Shown here: positions 9,048 to 18,051 of the stretch, piece by piece
How the letters are laid out: the number at the start of each line of letters is the position of its first letter
Position numbering within the stretch: position 1 is the first letter of the stretch
NCBI GenBank assembly: GCA_964654805.1
Contig: CAZZJU010000003.1
Location: forward strand, 1 to 32,886
DNA: 32,886 nucleotides
Reading direction: 5' to 3'
From: an uncultured Thermotogae bacterium
GTDB lineage: Bacteria; Bipolaricaulota; Bipolaricaulia; UBA7950; UBA9294
The notes under the pieces: model-generated
The model's input: the letters and a program-made list of their open reading frames with translations, nothing else
Database searches by the model: none
Told to the model about the DNA's origin: nothing
Program-made: the position numbers and the translations under genes

Positions 9048-9161
9048 GACACCGGGCAATGGATAAACCATTGTGATGTTTGTCACCGAAAATACTGGGC
9101 AATCTGTCCTTTAAGCCTGCCGATGGGTATTTGCCGATAAAAAATTCCTGCCGGTCCTCTA

Positions 9162-9191
9162 TTGACCCACCCCCACCCTGGATAATATGAT
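9162..9191 (+). promoter_or_regulatory. Putative sigma70 promoter for nrdDG
   Basis: TTGACC-18 nt-TATGAT upstream of the nrdD SD (GAGGGG). Confidence 0.45.
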
Positions 9192-9235
9192 GGTCCGGTA
9201 TATCACAAACCATTATTTACGAGGGGGCATTTTAC

Positions 9236-11338
9236 ATGGAACGTATTGTAAAACGAGATGGTCGGGTGGTCCCGTTCGATGAGGCCAAGATAACAACGGC
9301 CATTTGGAAGGCAATGCGCGCTGTTGGCGATCCAGACGAGCGCGCGGCCAAGCGGCTATCCGAACGGGTGACGGGAATCCTCGACGAGCAGTTTACCGAT
9401 GACCTTCCCACGGTGGAGGAGATACAAGATATAGTTGAAGATGTGTTGATCGAGGAGGGATACACCCGCGTCGCCAAGGCGTACATTCTCTACCGTAAAC
9501 AGCATGAGGAAATCCGCGAGATGCGCGGAATTCTCGATGAGATTCCTTTTTTGGTCGAGGATTATCTGAACGACCGCGATTGGCGTGTGCGGGAGAATAG
9601 TAACATGACCTACTCTCTCCAGGGCTTGAACACACACATCACCGATCGGGTGATCTCTCACTATTGGCTTTCCAAGATCTATCCGCCCGAGATTAAGCGT
9701 CGCCACGAGAGCGGTGATTTTCACATCCATGACCTCGGAACCCTGGGGGCATACTGCGTCGGTTGGGACCTACGAGATCTGTTGTTGCGGGGGTTCCGTG
9801 GGGTAAGGGGGAAGATTGAGGCCCGGCCAGCGAAACACTTCCGCGTCGCCCTTCTCCAGGTGGTGAATTTCATGTACACCTTGCAGGGGGAATCCGCAGG
9901 GGCGCAGGCGTTCTCCAACGTCGACACCTACCTCGCCCCGTTCATCCGGGCTGATCGCCTCTCCTATGAGGAGGTGAAGCAGAACCTGCAGGAGTTCGTG
10001 TACAACATGAACGTCCCGACCAGAGTTGGGTTCCAGACTCCGTTCACCAATATTACCCTCGACCTCGAAGTGCCGAACTACATGCGGGGAGAGCCGGTAA
10101 TCATCGGGGGAAAGATCCAAAACTCTGTCTATGGTGACTATCAGCACGAAATGGACATGTTCAACCGTGCGTTCGCCGAAGTGATGACCGAAGGAGACAT
10201 GCACGGTCGGCCGTTCACCTTCCCCATCCCCACTTACAACATCACCGAGGATTTCGATTGGGATAACGAGAACCTCGTTCCAGTATGGGAAATGACCGCT
10301 AAGTACGGAATCCCTTACTTTTCCAACTTCATCGGGAGCGACATGCGGCCGGAGGATGCTCGCTCAATGTGCTGCCGGTTGCGGATCGATAACCGTGAAC
10401 TAAAAAAGCGCGGGGGAGGTCTGTTCGGAGCAAACCCGCTTACCGGCTCGATTGGGGTGGTGACAATCAACCTTCCGCGGATCGGTTACTTAGCGAAAGA
10501 TGAGGCAGATTTCTTCTCCCGGTTGGAGGAGTTGATGGATCTTGCCAAGGAATCTCTTATTATAAAGCGAAAGACCCTGGAAAAGCTGACCGACCAGGGC
10601 CTTTATCCTTACTCCAAATTTTATCTCTCCGGGATCAAGCAAGCCGAGGGCGGGTATTGGAAGAACCACTTCTCCACGATCGGGTTGATCGGGATGAACG
10701 AGGCGCTGTTGAACCTATTTGGAATCACGATCGCCGATCCCGAAGGGAGGGATTTCGCCGTCAAGGTCCTGAGCTTCATGCGGGATCGACTTGCCGACTT
10801 CCAGGAGGAGACCGGCGAGATCTTCAACCTTGAGGCGACCCCGGCCGAGGGAGCGAGCTACCGCCTGGCGCGGAAAGACATCGAGCGCTATCCGGACATC
10901 CGCATCCACAACCTGGAGGCTTACGGCGGAGAGACTCCGTACTACACAAACTCCACCCACCTGCCTGTCGGACTGACCGAGGACATGTTCGAGGCATTAA
11001 AGCTACAAGATCCGCTCCAGACGTTATACACCGGTGGAACAGTATTCCACGCGTTCCTCGGGGAAACTCCTACCCCGGAGGCGACCAAGCAGCTGGTGCG
11101 GAAAATCGCGGAGAACTTTCACCTCCCCTACTACACCTTGACCCCAACCTTCTCCATCTGTCCGGAGCATGGATACATGGCCGGAGAAGAGAAGGAGTGC
11201 CCGATATGCGGGGCGAGGACCGAGATCTACTCGCGCATCGTCGGTTATCTCCGACCGGTCGAGCAGTGGAACGATGGCAAACGGGCCGAGTTCGCCGATC
11301 GGAAGACCTACTCGACCGCCCCGGCGACGCGGGCATAG
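9236..11338 (+). CDS. nrdD: Anaerobic (class III) ribonucleoside-triphosphate reductase with N-terminal ATP cone
   Basis: ATP cone IVKRDGRVVPFD...KI, FHIHDL, RSMCCRL, GSIGVVTINLPR, EATPAEG, YYTNS, Zn site CPEH...CPIC and glycyl-radical loop YSRIVGYLRPV. Confidence 0.96.
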   Translation: MERIVKRDGRVVPFDEAKITTAIWKAMRAVGDPDERAAKRLSERVTGILDEQFTDDLPTVEEIQDIVEDVLIEEGYTRVAKAYILYRKQHEEIREMRGILDEIPFLVEDYLNDRDWRVRENSNMTYSLQGLNTHITDRVISHYWLSKIYPPEIKRRHESGDFHIHDLGTLGAYCVGWDLRDLLLRGFRGVRGKIEARPAKHFRVALLQVVNFMYTLQGESAGAQAFSNVDTYLAPFIRADRLSYEEVKQNLQEFVYNMNVPTRVGFQTPFTNITLDLEVPNYMRGEPVIIGGKIQNSVYGDYQHEMDMFNRAFAEVMTEGDMHGRPFTFPIPTYNITEDFDWDNENLVPVWEMTAKYGIPYFSNFIGSDMRPEDARSMCCRLRIDNRELKKRGGGLFGANPLTGSIGVVTINLPRIGYLAKDEADFFSRLEELMDLAKESLIIKRKTLEKLTDQGLYPYSKFYLSGIKQAEGGYWKNHFSTIGLIGMNEALLNLFGITIADPEGRDFAVKVLSFMRDRLADFQEETGEIFNLEATPAEGASYRLARKDIERYPDIRIHNLEAYGGETPYYTNSTHLPVGLTEDMFEALKLQDPLQTLYTGGTVFHAFLGETPTPEATKQLVRKIAENFHLPYYTLTPTFSICPEHGYMAGEEKECPICGARTEIYSRIVGYLRPVEQWNDGKRAEFADRKTYSTAPATRA

Positions 11339-11347
11339 GGAGATCGC

Positions 11348-11383
11348 GAACCCGCGGCGATAGATACTCATCGCCGCGGGTTC
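11348..11383. repeat. Perfect 14-bp inverted repeat (stem-loop) between nrdD and nrdG
   Basis: GAACCCGCGGCGAT-agatactc-ATCGCCGCGGGTTC. No poly-T tail. Confidence 0.85.
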
Positions 11384-11389
11384 ATTAAG

Positions 11390-12091
11390 ATGAACATCGC
11401 TCAGCTCCTCCCGACCACTCTGATCGAGTATCCGGGGAAGGTATCAGCCCTTATCTACACCGCCGGGTGCAACTTCCGCTGCCCGTTCTGCCACAACTCG
11501 GAGCTTGTCCTCCCGGCACGAATCAGGGAACTTCCACTCATCCCTGAGGACGAGGTGATAGCTCTTCTCAAAGACAGAATCGGCTTCCTCGACGCCCTGT
11601 CGATCACCGGTGGCGAGCCGACGTTGCAGCCCGACCTGGCGGAGTTTCTCGCCCGGGTGAAGGCACTCGGCTACCTGATCAAGCTCGACACGAACGGCTC
11701 CAACCCGGATGTGCTCGCCCGGCTCTTTGATATGCGGCTTGTTGACTACGTGGCAATGGACGTCAAGGGGCCGGAGGAACGGTATTCGGAACTTGCCGGA
11801 GTGAACGTGAATACGGATGCGATCAAGGAAACGATCCGATTGATCATCGACCGTGCGCCGGACTACGAGTTCCGCACCACCGTTGCTCCCACGATGTCCG
11901 CGGATGAAATCGAGGAGACAACTCGGTTGATCAAAGGGGCAAAGCGCTATTTCCTTCAAACATTCGTCGTGCCGGAAGAAAAGGAGATCGTGGACCCGAG
12001 CTGGAGTGGTCGGGTAGCCTTGTCAAGGGAAGAACTGCATGCGGTATGGGAAAAGATCAAGGACCGGTTCCCAGAAGGCGGAGTGCGGTGA
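11390..12091 (+). CDS. nrdG: Class III RNR activating protein (radical SAM)
   Basis: GCNFRCPFCHN, ITGGEPTLQ, KLDTNGS, YVAMDVK, YEFRTT. Directly follows nrdD. Confidence 0.93.
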   Translation: MNIAQLLPTTLIEYPGKVSALIYTAGCNFRCPFCHNSELVLPARIRELPLIPEDEVIALLKDRIGFLDALSITGGEPTLQPDLAEFLARVKALGYLIKLDTNGSNPDVLARLFDMRLVDYVAMDVKGPEERYSELAGVNVNTDAIKETIRLIIDRAPDYEFRTTVAPTMSADEIEETTRLIKGAKRYFLQTFVVPEEKEIVDPSWSGRVALSREELHAVWEKIKDRFPEGGVR

Positions 12092-12114
12092 TAGAATAGG
12101 GCGAGGGGTAAAGA

Positions 12115-12894
12115 ATGACTTTCAAAATCGCGACGTATAACGCCAACTCGATCCGCAGTCGGATCCCGCTCGTGCAGGACTGGCTCGCCCGCAACCGACC
12201 GGACGTTCTATGCATCCAGGAGACCAAGGTTCAGGACCAGGATTTCCCGCGAGAAGCGTTTGCGGAGATCGGGTACAACGTCGTGTTCCGAGGCCAGCCA
12301 GCGCACGCCGGGGTGGCGATCGCCTCCCGGGAGGAACCGGAGGAGGTCTCATTCGGACTCGATTCAGAACCTCACGATGAAGCGCGGTTGATCCGGGCGA
12401 CGATCCACGGAATCCCGATCGTCAATACCTACGTCCCCCAGGGAAGATCCGTCGACTCGGAGATGTTTGCCTACAAACTAGAGTGGCTCTCCCGGCTGCG
12501 TGACTACTTTGCGCGCAATTTCTCCCCGGATCACCCTCTCATCTGGTGCGGTGACCTAAACGTCGCGCCGGAGGAGATCGACGTCCACAACCCGAAACGG
12601 CTTAAGAACCATGTCGACTTTCATCCCGATGCCCGGGTAGCACTTGAGCGGATCAGAGAGTGGGGGTTTATCGACATCTTCCGCCGCCATCACCCGGACG
12701 AACCGGGGCAGTACACGTTCTGGGATTATCGGGTCCGCGGTGCGCTCGAACGCAACCTTGGTTGGCGGGTCGATCACATCTGGGCGACAAAGCCGCTTGC
12801 GGAAAGATCGACAGCAGCGTGGATCGACCGCGAGGCGCGCAAGGCAGAACGCCCATCCGACCACACGTTCCTCGTCGCCGAGTTCGAGCTCTAG
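12115..12894 (+). CDS. xth: Exodeoxyribonuclease III
   Basis: [51 protein letters not shown]. Confidence 0.95.
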   Translation: MTFKIATYNANSIRSRIPLVQDWLARNRPDVLCIQETKVQDQDFPREAFAEIGYNVVFRGQPAHAGVAIASREEPEEVSFGLDSEPHDEARLIRATIHGIPIVNTYVPQGRSVDSEMFAYKLEWLSRLRDYFARNFSPDHPLIWCGDLNVAPEEIDVHNPKRLKNHVDFHPDARVALERIREWGFIDIFRRHHPDEPGQYTFWDYRVRGALERNLGWRVDHIWATKPLAERSTAAWIDREARKAERPSDHTFLVAEFEL

Positions 12895-14022
12895 CTAGCC
12901 CTCGACCGGTACCCAGGCCCGGGTCTCTACCGACCGGGCGACCGCCTCCAGTACCGCTTGAGCGCGTACTCCGTCGTAGAAGCTCGGTTCGGGGTTACGC
13001 CCTTCCGCGATCGCGGTGAGCAGCTCGTATACCGCGTGAACGAACGAGTGTTCGTACCCGAGGATGTGCCCCGGCGGCCACCATGCGTTGACATAGGGGT
13101 GCTCAGGTTCAGTGACGAGGATCCGCCGCAACCCGCGGGTCTCTTTGGGATCGTCGACGGAATACAACCACAGGACGTTCAGGTCCTCAGGGTTCCAATA
13201 GATACTTCCCTTGGTGCCGTTTACCTCAATATGCATGAAGTTCTTCCGCCCGGTCGCCATCCGGGTTGTCTCAAACACGCCGCGCGCCCCGTTCTCAAAT
13301 CGGGCGAGGAATGCCGCCGCATCATCGACTGTTACCCTTCCAATTCCCGACCCGTTGGGAAGTGGCCGTTTATCTACAAATGTGGCCATATCACCGACCA
13401 CTTCGGTAATCTCACCGACGAGAAACCGGGCAAGGTCGGTAATGTGGACAGCCGTGTCCCCGAGTGCGCCCGAGCCGGCTTTTTCTTTGTCGAACCGCCA
13501 GGTGAACGGCACGCGCGGATCGAGCCCCCAGTCCTGGAGGTAGAGGGCGTGGAACTGCCGGACCTCTCCGATCGCACCGCCGTCGATCAGCTTTTTGGCG
13601 AGCCGAATTGCGGGGAAGAACCGGTTGTTGAAGCAGACCATGTGCGGGATTTTGGACTCCTCGACCGCGGCGAGCATTCGCTTTGCTTCCGCGAGGTCGC
13701 GTCCGAGCGGCTTCTCGCAGAAGATCGCCTTGCCCGCCTGCGCCGCCGCAATCGTGATCTCAGCGTGGAGGTCATTCGTGGCACAGATATCGATTAAATC
13801 GATATCATCGCGGGTGATAGCATCGCGCCAGTTAATGGAGAATTCCTCCCATCCGAACCGAGATGCGAAATCCCGCAGTCCCTCTTCGTTCCGCCCGCAG
13901 ACAAGCTGCAGCCGTGGGATAAGTGGAGGATCGAAGAACGCCCGCACCTGGCGATACGCATTGGTGTGCGCTCGTCCCATGAACCGCTGACCAATAAGCG
14001 CAATGTTGATCCCGTTACTCAC
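12895..14022 (-). CDS. Gfo/Idh/MocA family NAD(P)-dependent oxidoreductase
   Basis: IALIGQRFMGRAH, CEKPL, GSGALGDTAVHITD, VDDAA, WWPPGHILGYEH. The GTG start at 14022 overlaps the upstream stop (GTGA) and has a GGGGAG SD. Confidence 0.9.
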   Translation of the reverse strand: MSNGINIALIGQRFMGRAHTNAYRQVRAFFDPPLIPRLQLVCGRNEEGLRDFASRFGWEEFSINWRDAITRDDIDLIDICATNDLHAEITIAAAQAGKAIFCEKPLGRDLAEAKRMLAAVEESKIPHMVCFNNRFFPAIRLAKKLIDGGAIGEVRQFHALYLQDWGLDPRVPFTWRFDKEKAGSGALGDTAVHITDLARFLVGEITEVVGDMATFVDKRPLPNGSGIGRVTVDDAAAFLARFENGARGVFETTRMATGRKNFMHIEVNGTKGSIYWNPEDLNVLWLYSVDDPKETRGLRRILVTEPEHPYVNAWWPPGHILGYEHSFVHAVYELLTAIAEGRNPEPSFYDGVRAQAVLEAVARSVETRAWVPVEG

Positions 14023-15332
14023 TTCTCCCCCTTGGGAACATGTCCCCACCGAGCAATTGAGTCGATTATCCCGGTGATGTACAACGGTCGATACTTGCCC
14101 CAATGATACCACGCGGATTTGAGTTTTAACACCAAGCTTTGAAGATAGTCAATAGTAGTAGTATCGTCGTCATCCCAAATTCCAACGAGAAGTAACGAAT
14201 CTTCCCGGTGGATGAGGTCATTCCATCCGTCGATCCGTGGTGTGATGAGCCTCGTGTGGACGATCTTCCAGAACTGATCAATGTCGTCCATCGTACCAGT
14301 GCCCGCTTTCAACCGGCAGACAAGATCCCACGCTTGCTGTGGCAGAACCGGCTTGAGCAACAAGGCACACGTGTACAACCGCTCCAGCCGCGCCTCGTAC
14401 AGGGCTTGATCACCTGTGGATATGGATACCGTATCCAGCCATTTGCGCCATCCTGGCACGAGAGCTGTTGCTTGCGCTTTCCAATCGGCAGCAAGTTGTG
14501 GCAACATGCGCCAGAATCCTGCCTGCCCGTTCTGAGTCACGATATAGGCAATCAAACTTGTTCCCACGTCATAAACAAGGGAGGGTGGAACATTATCCAA
14601 CCCACCGTACTGGGTCCATATAGCGGCTACTTTCTTCCACTGCTGGTCGGGATTGTTGCTTAAAGCATGTCGAGTATAGTCAGCAAACCCTTCTTGCACC
14701 AGCTTGGGGAACGAATCCACATCTATACCGCGTTTCTGGCACCACATGGTAAACAACCAGTGTCCAAGTTCATGCCGTAATATATCCTGCCAATGAGGCT
14801 CCCGGGCAATCGAGATAAGATCGTACGCTCGACGTCTATATGTCAAAATAAATCCTGGAGGATAGTCCCACACCATGGAGGTAAGGGTTATATCGGGTGA
14901 AGTTTTCCCGTTGGGATTAGGTGGGTAATCAAATTGACCAGCAAAGACGAAATTATCCCAGCTAACATGCATCAGCTCCGAATTGGGAAAGAATGCAATA
15001 ATTAACGGAAGAACTGAACGCCCGTTCCAACTGGGCTGCAGCATGCGATAATTGGCTGTGCCCGGCATAGGGGGAGATGCTGAGCTCGTTTGCACAGCGC
15101 TTGCCCAACTTGGTCCGGGAACCGGTATAGGCATCTTCCAAAACGTGAATACTTCACTCGTCGCCGTGATAAACTCGTTGGTTATTGCCGCAGCATCATC
15201 CGGTTTTCCTCCAACCCATATGACAACCCCGTACGGCCATGCAGTCGTCACCTCAGCGTATTGAGCCACTGCGGGCATGGCGATAACAAGCACCCATGCT
15301 CCCAGGAGTATCGGAAGCACTCGTTTAATCAC
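14019..15332 (-). CDS. Secreted hypothetical protein, putative gluzincin (peptidase MA-like) zinc metalloprotease
   Basis: Signal peptide MIKRVLPILLGAWVLVIAMPAVA; HELGH followed 18 aa later by EGFADY. SD GGAGGAGG is 6 nt before GTG 15332. Confidence 0.7.
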   Translation of the reverse strand: MIKRVLPILLGAWVLVIAMPAVAQYAEVTTAWPYGVVIWVGGKPDDAAAITNEFITATSEVFTFWKMPIPVPGPSWASAVQTSSASPPMPGTANYRMLQPSWNGRSVLPLIIAFFPNSELMHVSWDNFVFAGQFDYPPNPNGKTSPDITLTSMVWDYPPGFILTYRRRAYDLISIAREPHWQDILRHELGHWLFTMWCQKRGIDVDSFPKLVQEGFADYTRHALSNNPDQQWKKVAAIWTQYGGLDNVPPSLVYDVGTSLIAYIVTQNGQAGFWRMLPQLAADWKAQATALVPGWRKWLDTVSISTGDQALYEARLERLYTCALLLKPVLPQQAWDLVCRLKAGTGTMDDIDQFWKIVHTRLITPRIDGWNDLIHREDSLLLVGIWDDDDTTTIDYLQSLVLKLKSAWYHWGKYRPLYITGIIDSIARWGHVPKGEK

Positions 15333-15451
15333 GATCATCCTCCTCCAGGCTTATCATCACCGGTTCCCTAGCTTGAACAAGGTTATTATAATCAGCGAAT
15401 ACAAGTATGAAAGACTTGCGTTCCGAGGTAACTTGTCGTTATATGAGATCG

Positions 15452-16762
15452 ATGAAAAAAGCGATGGAAGAATCACTTTTCTCAGGTGATAGATCTGTAC
15501 CCTTGGCTGAGCGACTCCGTCCACGCGACCTTAGTGAAGTGATCGGGCAGAAGGAGATCCTCGGTGAGCACAGGGCATTGCGAACCCTGATCGAGCGGGG
15601 GAACTACCGTGCCCTCCTCTTTTGGGGACCACCTGGTACGGGAAAGACAACTGTAGGACGGATCATCGCTGCTCGCTCCGGTGCGCGGTTTGTCCATCTG
15701 TCCGCTGCTCTATCCGGAGTGAAGGAAGTACGGGCCGCCCTTGATGAATCGCGCCGCCGGTTCGAGCTCGAGGGCCAGCGTGATCTCCTCTTCCTTGACG
15801 AAGTCCATCGCTTTAACCGCGCCCAGCAGGATGTCCTCCTCTCCTATCTCGAGGAGGGAAGCGTCCTATTCATCGGGGCGACGACCGAGAACCCATCGTT
15901 CTCCTTAACGCCTGCTCTCCTCTCCCGTTGTCAACTCTTTTTGTTCAAACCCCTTTCTGCGGAGGAACTGCAGCTAATCATCCGCCGGGCCCTCTCCGCC
16001 CCGGAAGGGCTTGCCGGAAGGTACACCCTCACTCCGCAGGCGGCGGAGATGCTCATCTCGTTTTCCGACGGAGACGCGCGCCGCGTCCTCACTTCACTTG
16101 AGACTGCAGCTGCGATCACCAAAGGCAGAGAGATCGGGGTGAAGGAGATCGAACAAGCCCTACAGCGGAAAGCACTCCGTTACGATCGTGCCGGAGAGGA
16201 GCACTATAACCTGATCTCGGCGTTTCACAAATCGATACGCAATTCAGATCCCGACGCAGCTCTGTACTGGCTCGCCCGGATGCTCGAGGGCGGAGAAGAC
16301 CCACGCTTCATCGCACGGCGGCTGATCAGAATCGCCTCTGAGGATATCGGCCTTGCTGACCCCCGCGGGCTTGAAATCGCGGTTGCCGCTTCTGAAACTG
16401 TAGACCGCGTTGGGATGCCAGAGTGTGATCTCGCCCTCGCCCAGGCGGCAGTATACTTAGCCTGTGCCCCAAAGAGTAACGCGCTCTACGTGGGCTTGAA
16501 CGCGGCGAAACGCGACGTTGCGGAGCGACCGAACGAACCGGTCCCGCTTCATTTACGGAACGCACCGACGCGGCTGATGAAAGGAATCGGCTATGGAAAT
16601 GGGTACAAATATGCCCACGACTATCCTCATGGGATCGCCCCGATGGAGTGTCTTCCTCCCGGGCTCAAAGGGAAGTGCTACTACCGACCGAGTAAACGCG
16701 GAGCGGAACGGAATATTGCCGATCGGTTGGAAGAGATTAAACGGATTAAAGGAGAGAAATGA
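15452..16762 (+). CDS. rarA: Replication-associated recombination protein A (RarA/MgsA AAA+ ATPase)
   Basis: PLAERLRP, WGPPGTGKTT, LFLDEVHRFNRAQQD, GATTENPSF, ISAFHKSIRNSDPDAA, ASEDIGLAD, VPLHLRNAPT. Exact start uncertain. Confidence 0.95.
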   Translation: MKKAMEESLFSGDRSVPLAERLRPRDLSEVIGQKEILGEHRALRTLIERGNYRALLFWGPPGTGKTTVGRIIAARSGARFVHLSAALSGVKEVRAALDESRRRFELEGQRDLLFLDEVHRFNRAQQDVLLSYLEEGSVLFIGATTENPSFSLTPALLSRCQLFLFKPLSAEELQLIIRRALSAPEGLAGRYTLTPQAAEMLISFSDGDARRVLTSLETAAAITKGREIGVKEIEQALQRKALRYDRAGEEHYNLISAFHKSIRNSDPDAALYWLARMLEGGEDPRFIARRLIRIASEDIGLADPRGLEIAVAASETVDRVGMPECDLALAQAAVYLACAPKSNALYVGLNAAKRDVAERPNEPVPLHLRNAPTRLMKGIGYGNGYKYAHDYPHGIAPMECLPPGLKGKCYYRPSKRGAERNIADRLEEIKRIKGEK

Positions 16763-17529
16763 TGACCGAAGAATATGAAATCGAACTGATCGATTACCTA
16801 CGCGTGATGTGGCGATGGAAGTGGTTGATCATAGCTGTCCTTGTGGTATCCGTCGTCGTTTCCGCGGTTATAAGCTTCACCCAACCCGACCGCTACGTCG
16901 GGACCGTCACTTACAGAGTCGAAGAGTTCGGAACCGAGCTGGGCATTCCGACACCAAACCCTCAGAGCATCGCTTCCTTGCTTGAGAGTATCGAGCCGGG
17001 ACACGGGCTTTCTATGAAAGTGGAAGTGAAGGCTGATGACCTATCTTCTCAAGCAGAATATAATGTAACGTTAACCCTCACCGGTCATATGGAACCTAAA
17101 TCCCTAAAAGAACTCCTCTCTGATCTAACACCGCTAGTGCAAAACAAAATCGGTGCAGACATCAAGAGAAGGATAAACCAAGCGCTCGTTCTTGCAGATC
17201 AAAAAAAGGCACAGCTATCCAAGGCAAAAGAAATCCTTAATTCCCAAATAGAAGCTTCCACTTCAACAGACCTGACCGCAGCCCTTGCTGACCGCATCGG
17301 CGACCTGGCGCTCCAGCTTGCACAATTGGATGCACAAATAGAAACACTACGAGATACAAGCCTAAATGACTTCTTCAGTCTGGAAACATTAGAAGGGCCC
17401 ACTGTTTCCTTTGCTGGACCACACCGTAAGCTCAACATAGCCGTCGCCGCGGTCCTCGGAGGGCTCGTTGGAGTATTGCTCGCTTTCTTCTTGAATTACG
17501 TTTTTTCGTACCGCCAAAGAGAGGAATGA
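16759..17529 (+). CDS. Wzz/polysaccharide co-polymerase-like membrane protein
   Basis: EIELIDYLRVMWRWKWLII plus TM1, a coiled-coil middle, and a P..P..KLNIAVAAVLGGLVGVLLAF C-terminal TM, typical of Wzz. Confidence 0.8.
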   Translation: MMTEEYEIELIDYLRVMWRWKWLIIAVLVVSVVVSAVISFTQPDRYVGTVTYRVEEFGTELGIPTPNPQSIASLLESIEPGHGLSMKVEVKADDLSSQAEYNVTLTLTGHMEPKSLKELLSDLTPLVQNKIGADIKRRINQALVLADQKKAQLSKAKEILNSQIEASTSTDLTAALADRIGDLALQLAQLDAQIETLRDTSLNDFFSLETLEGPTVSFAGPHRKLNIAVAAVLGGLVGVLLAFFLNYVFSYRQREE

Positions 17530-17530
17530 A

Positions 17531-17704
17531 CTACCGTTTGTTCTTCCTCTCTTCGCGGTCCAAGTACTGGAGGATCGCTTCGACAACTAGGTAGTTAATC
17601 GAACGTTCTTTCTGTTTGGAAAGCTTCGTCAAGCGTTCGATGGGTCTTTTATCCATCTTGCTTTTGGGAATGTAGATTGATAAGGTATTAACCCTGTTGA
17701 CCAT
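17531..17704 (-). CDS. Small basic ribbon-helix-helix (CopG/Arc/MetJ-like) DNA-binding protein, 57 aa
   Basis: TLSIYIP beta-strand, then ERLTKLSKQKERSINYLVVEAILQYL helix-helix pattern. SD AAGGAGGTGA before ATG 17704. Confidence 0.8.
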   Translation of the reverse strand: MVNRVNTLSIYIPKSKMDKRPIERLTKLSKQKERSINYLVVEAILQYLDREERKNKR

Positions 17705-17731
17705 AGTATTCACCTCCTTCCACATTTATCT

Positions 17732-17760
17732 ACTATACTACAATAAGCAGCGTTAGACAA
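17732..17760 (-). promoter_or_regulatory. Near-consensus sigma70 promoter for the RHH gene
   Basis: Minus strand TTGTCT-17 nt-TATAGT. Confidence 0.7.
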
Positions 17761-17778
17761 GAGGAAAGAGGGGAAATT

Positions 17779-18051
17779 ATGAGAAAACGAATACATGGAA
17801 CGGTGTCAGGAAGGGTACAAGGAGTATTCTTCCGCGCTACGACCCGCGACCGCGCCCGTGCTCTCGGACTGTCTGGCTGGGTGAGAAACCTCCCTGACGG
17901 AAGGGTAGAGTTCGTCGCCGAAGGGGAGGAAGAGGACCTGCGCGAGTTGATTTCGTTCCTCCATGTGGGACCGCCTGGAGCACGTGTCGACTCGCTCGAA
18001 GTGGAATGGTCCGACCCTCAGGGAGAAGAGGGGTTCCACATCAGGGGTTAG
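17779..18051 (+). CDS. acyP: Acylphosphatase
   Basis: VSGRVQGVFFR, GWVRNLPDGRVE, GPPGARV. Confidence 0.95.
   Translation: MRKRIHGTVSGRVQGVFFRATTRDRARALGLSGWVRNLPDGRVEFVAEGEEEDLRELISFLHVGPPGARVDSLEVEWSDPQGEEGFHIRG

Noticed and set aside
9100-9235. NrdR boxes or a cobalamin riboswitch upstream of nrdD
   Set aside because: No convincing acaCwAtATaTwGtgt-like pair, and the leader is too short for a riboswitch.
9236-11338. Intein or intron in nrdD
   Set aside because: Continuous 700-aa frame of normal size with no splice-junction motifs seen.
12958-13797. 279-aa plus-strand ORF antisense to the oxidoreductase
   Set aside because: Shadow ORF expected in GC-rich coding DNA; no motifs or SD.
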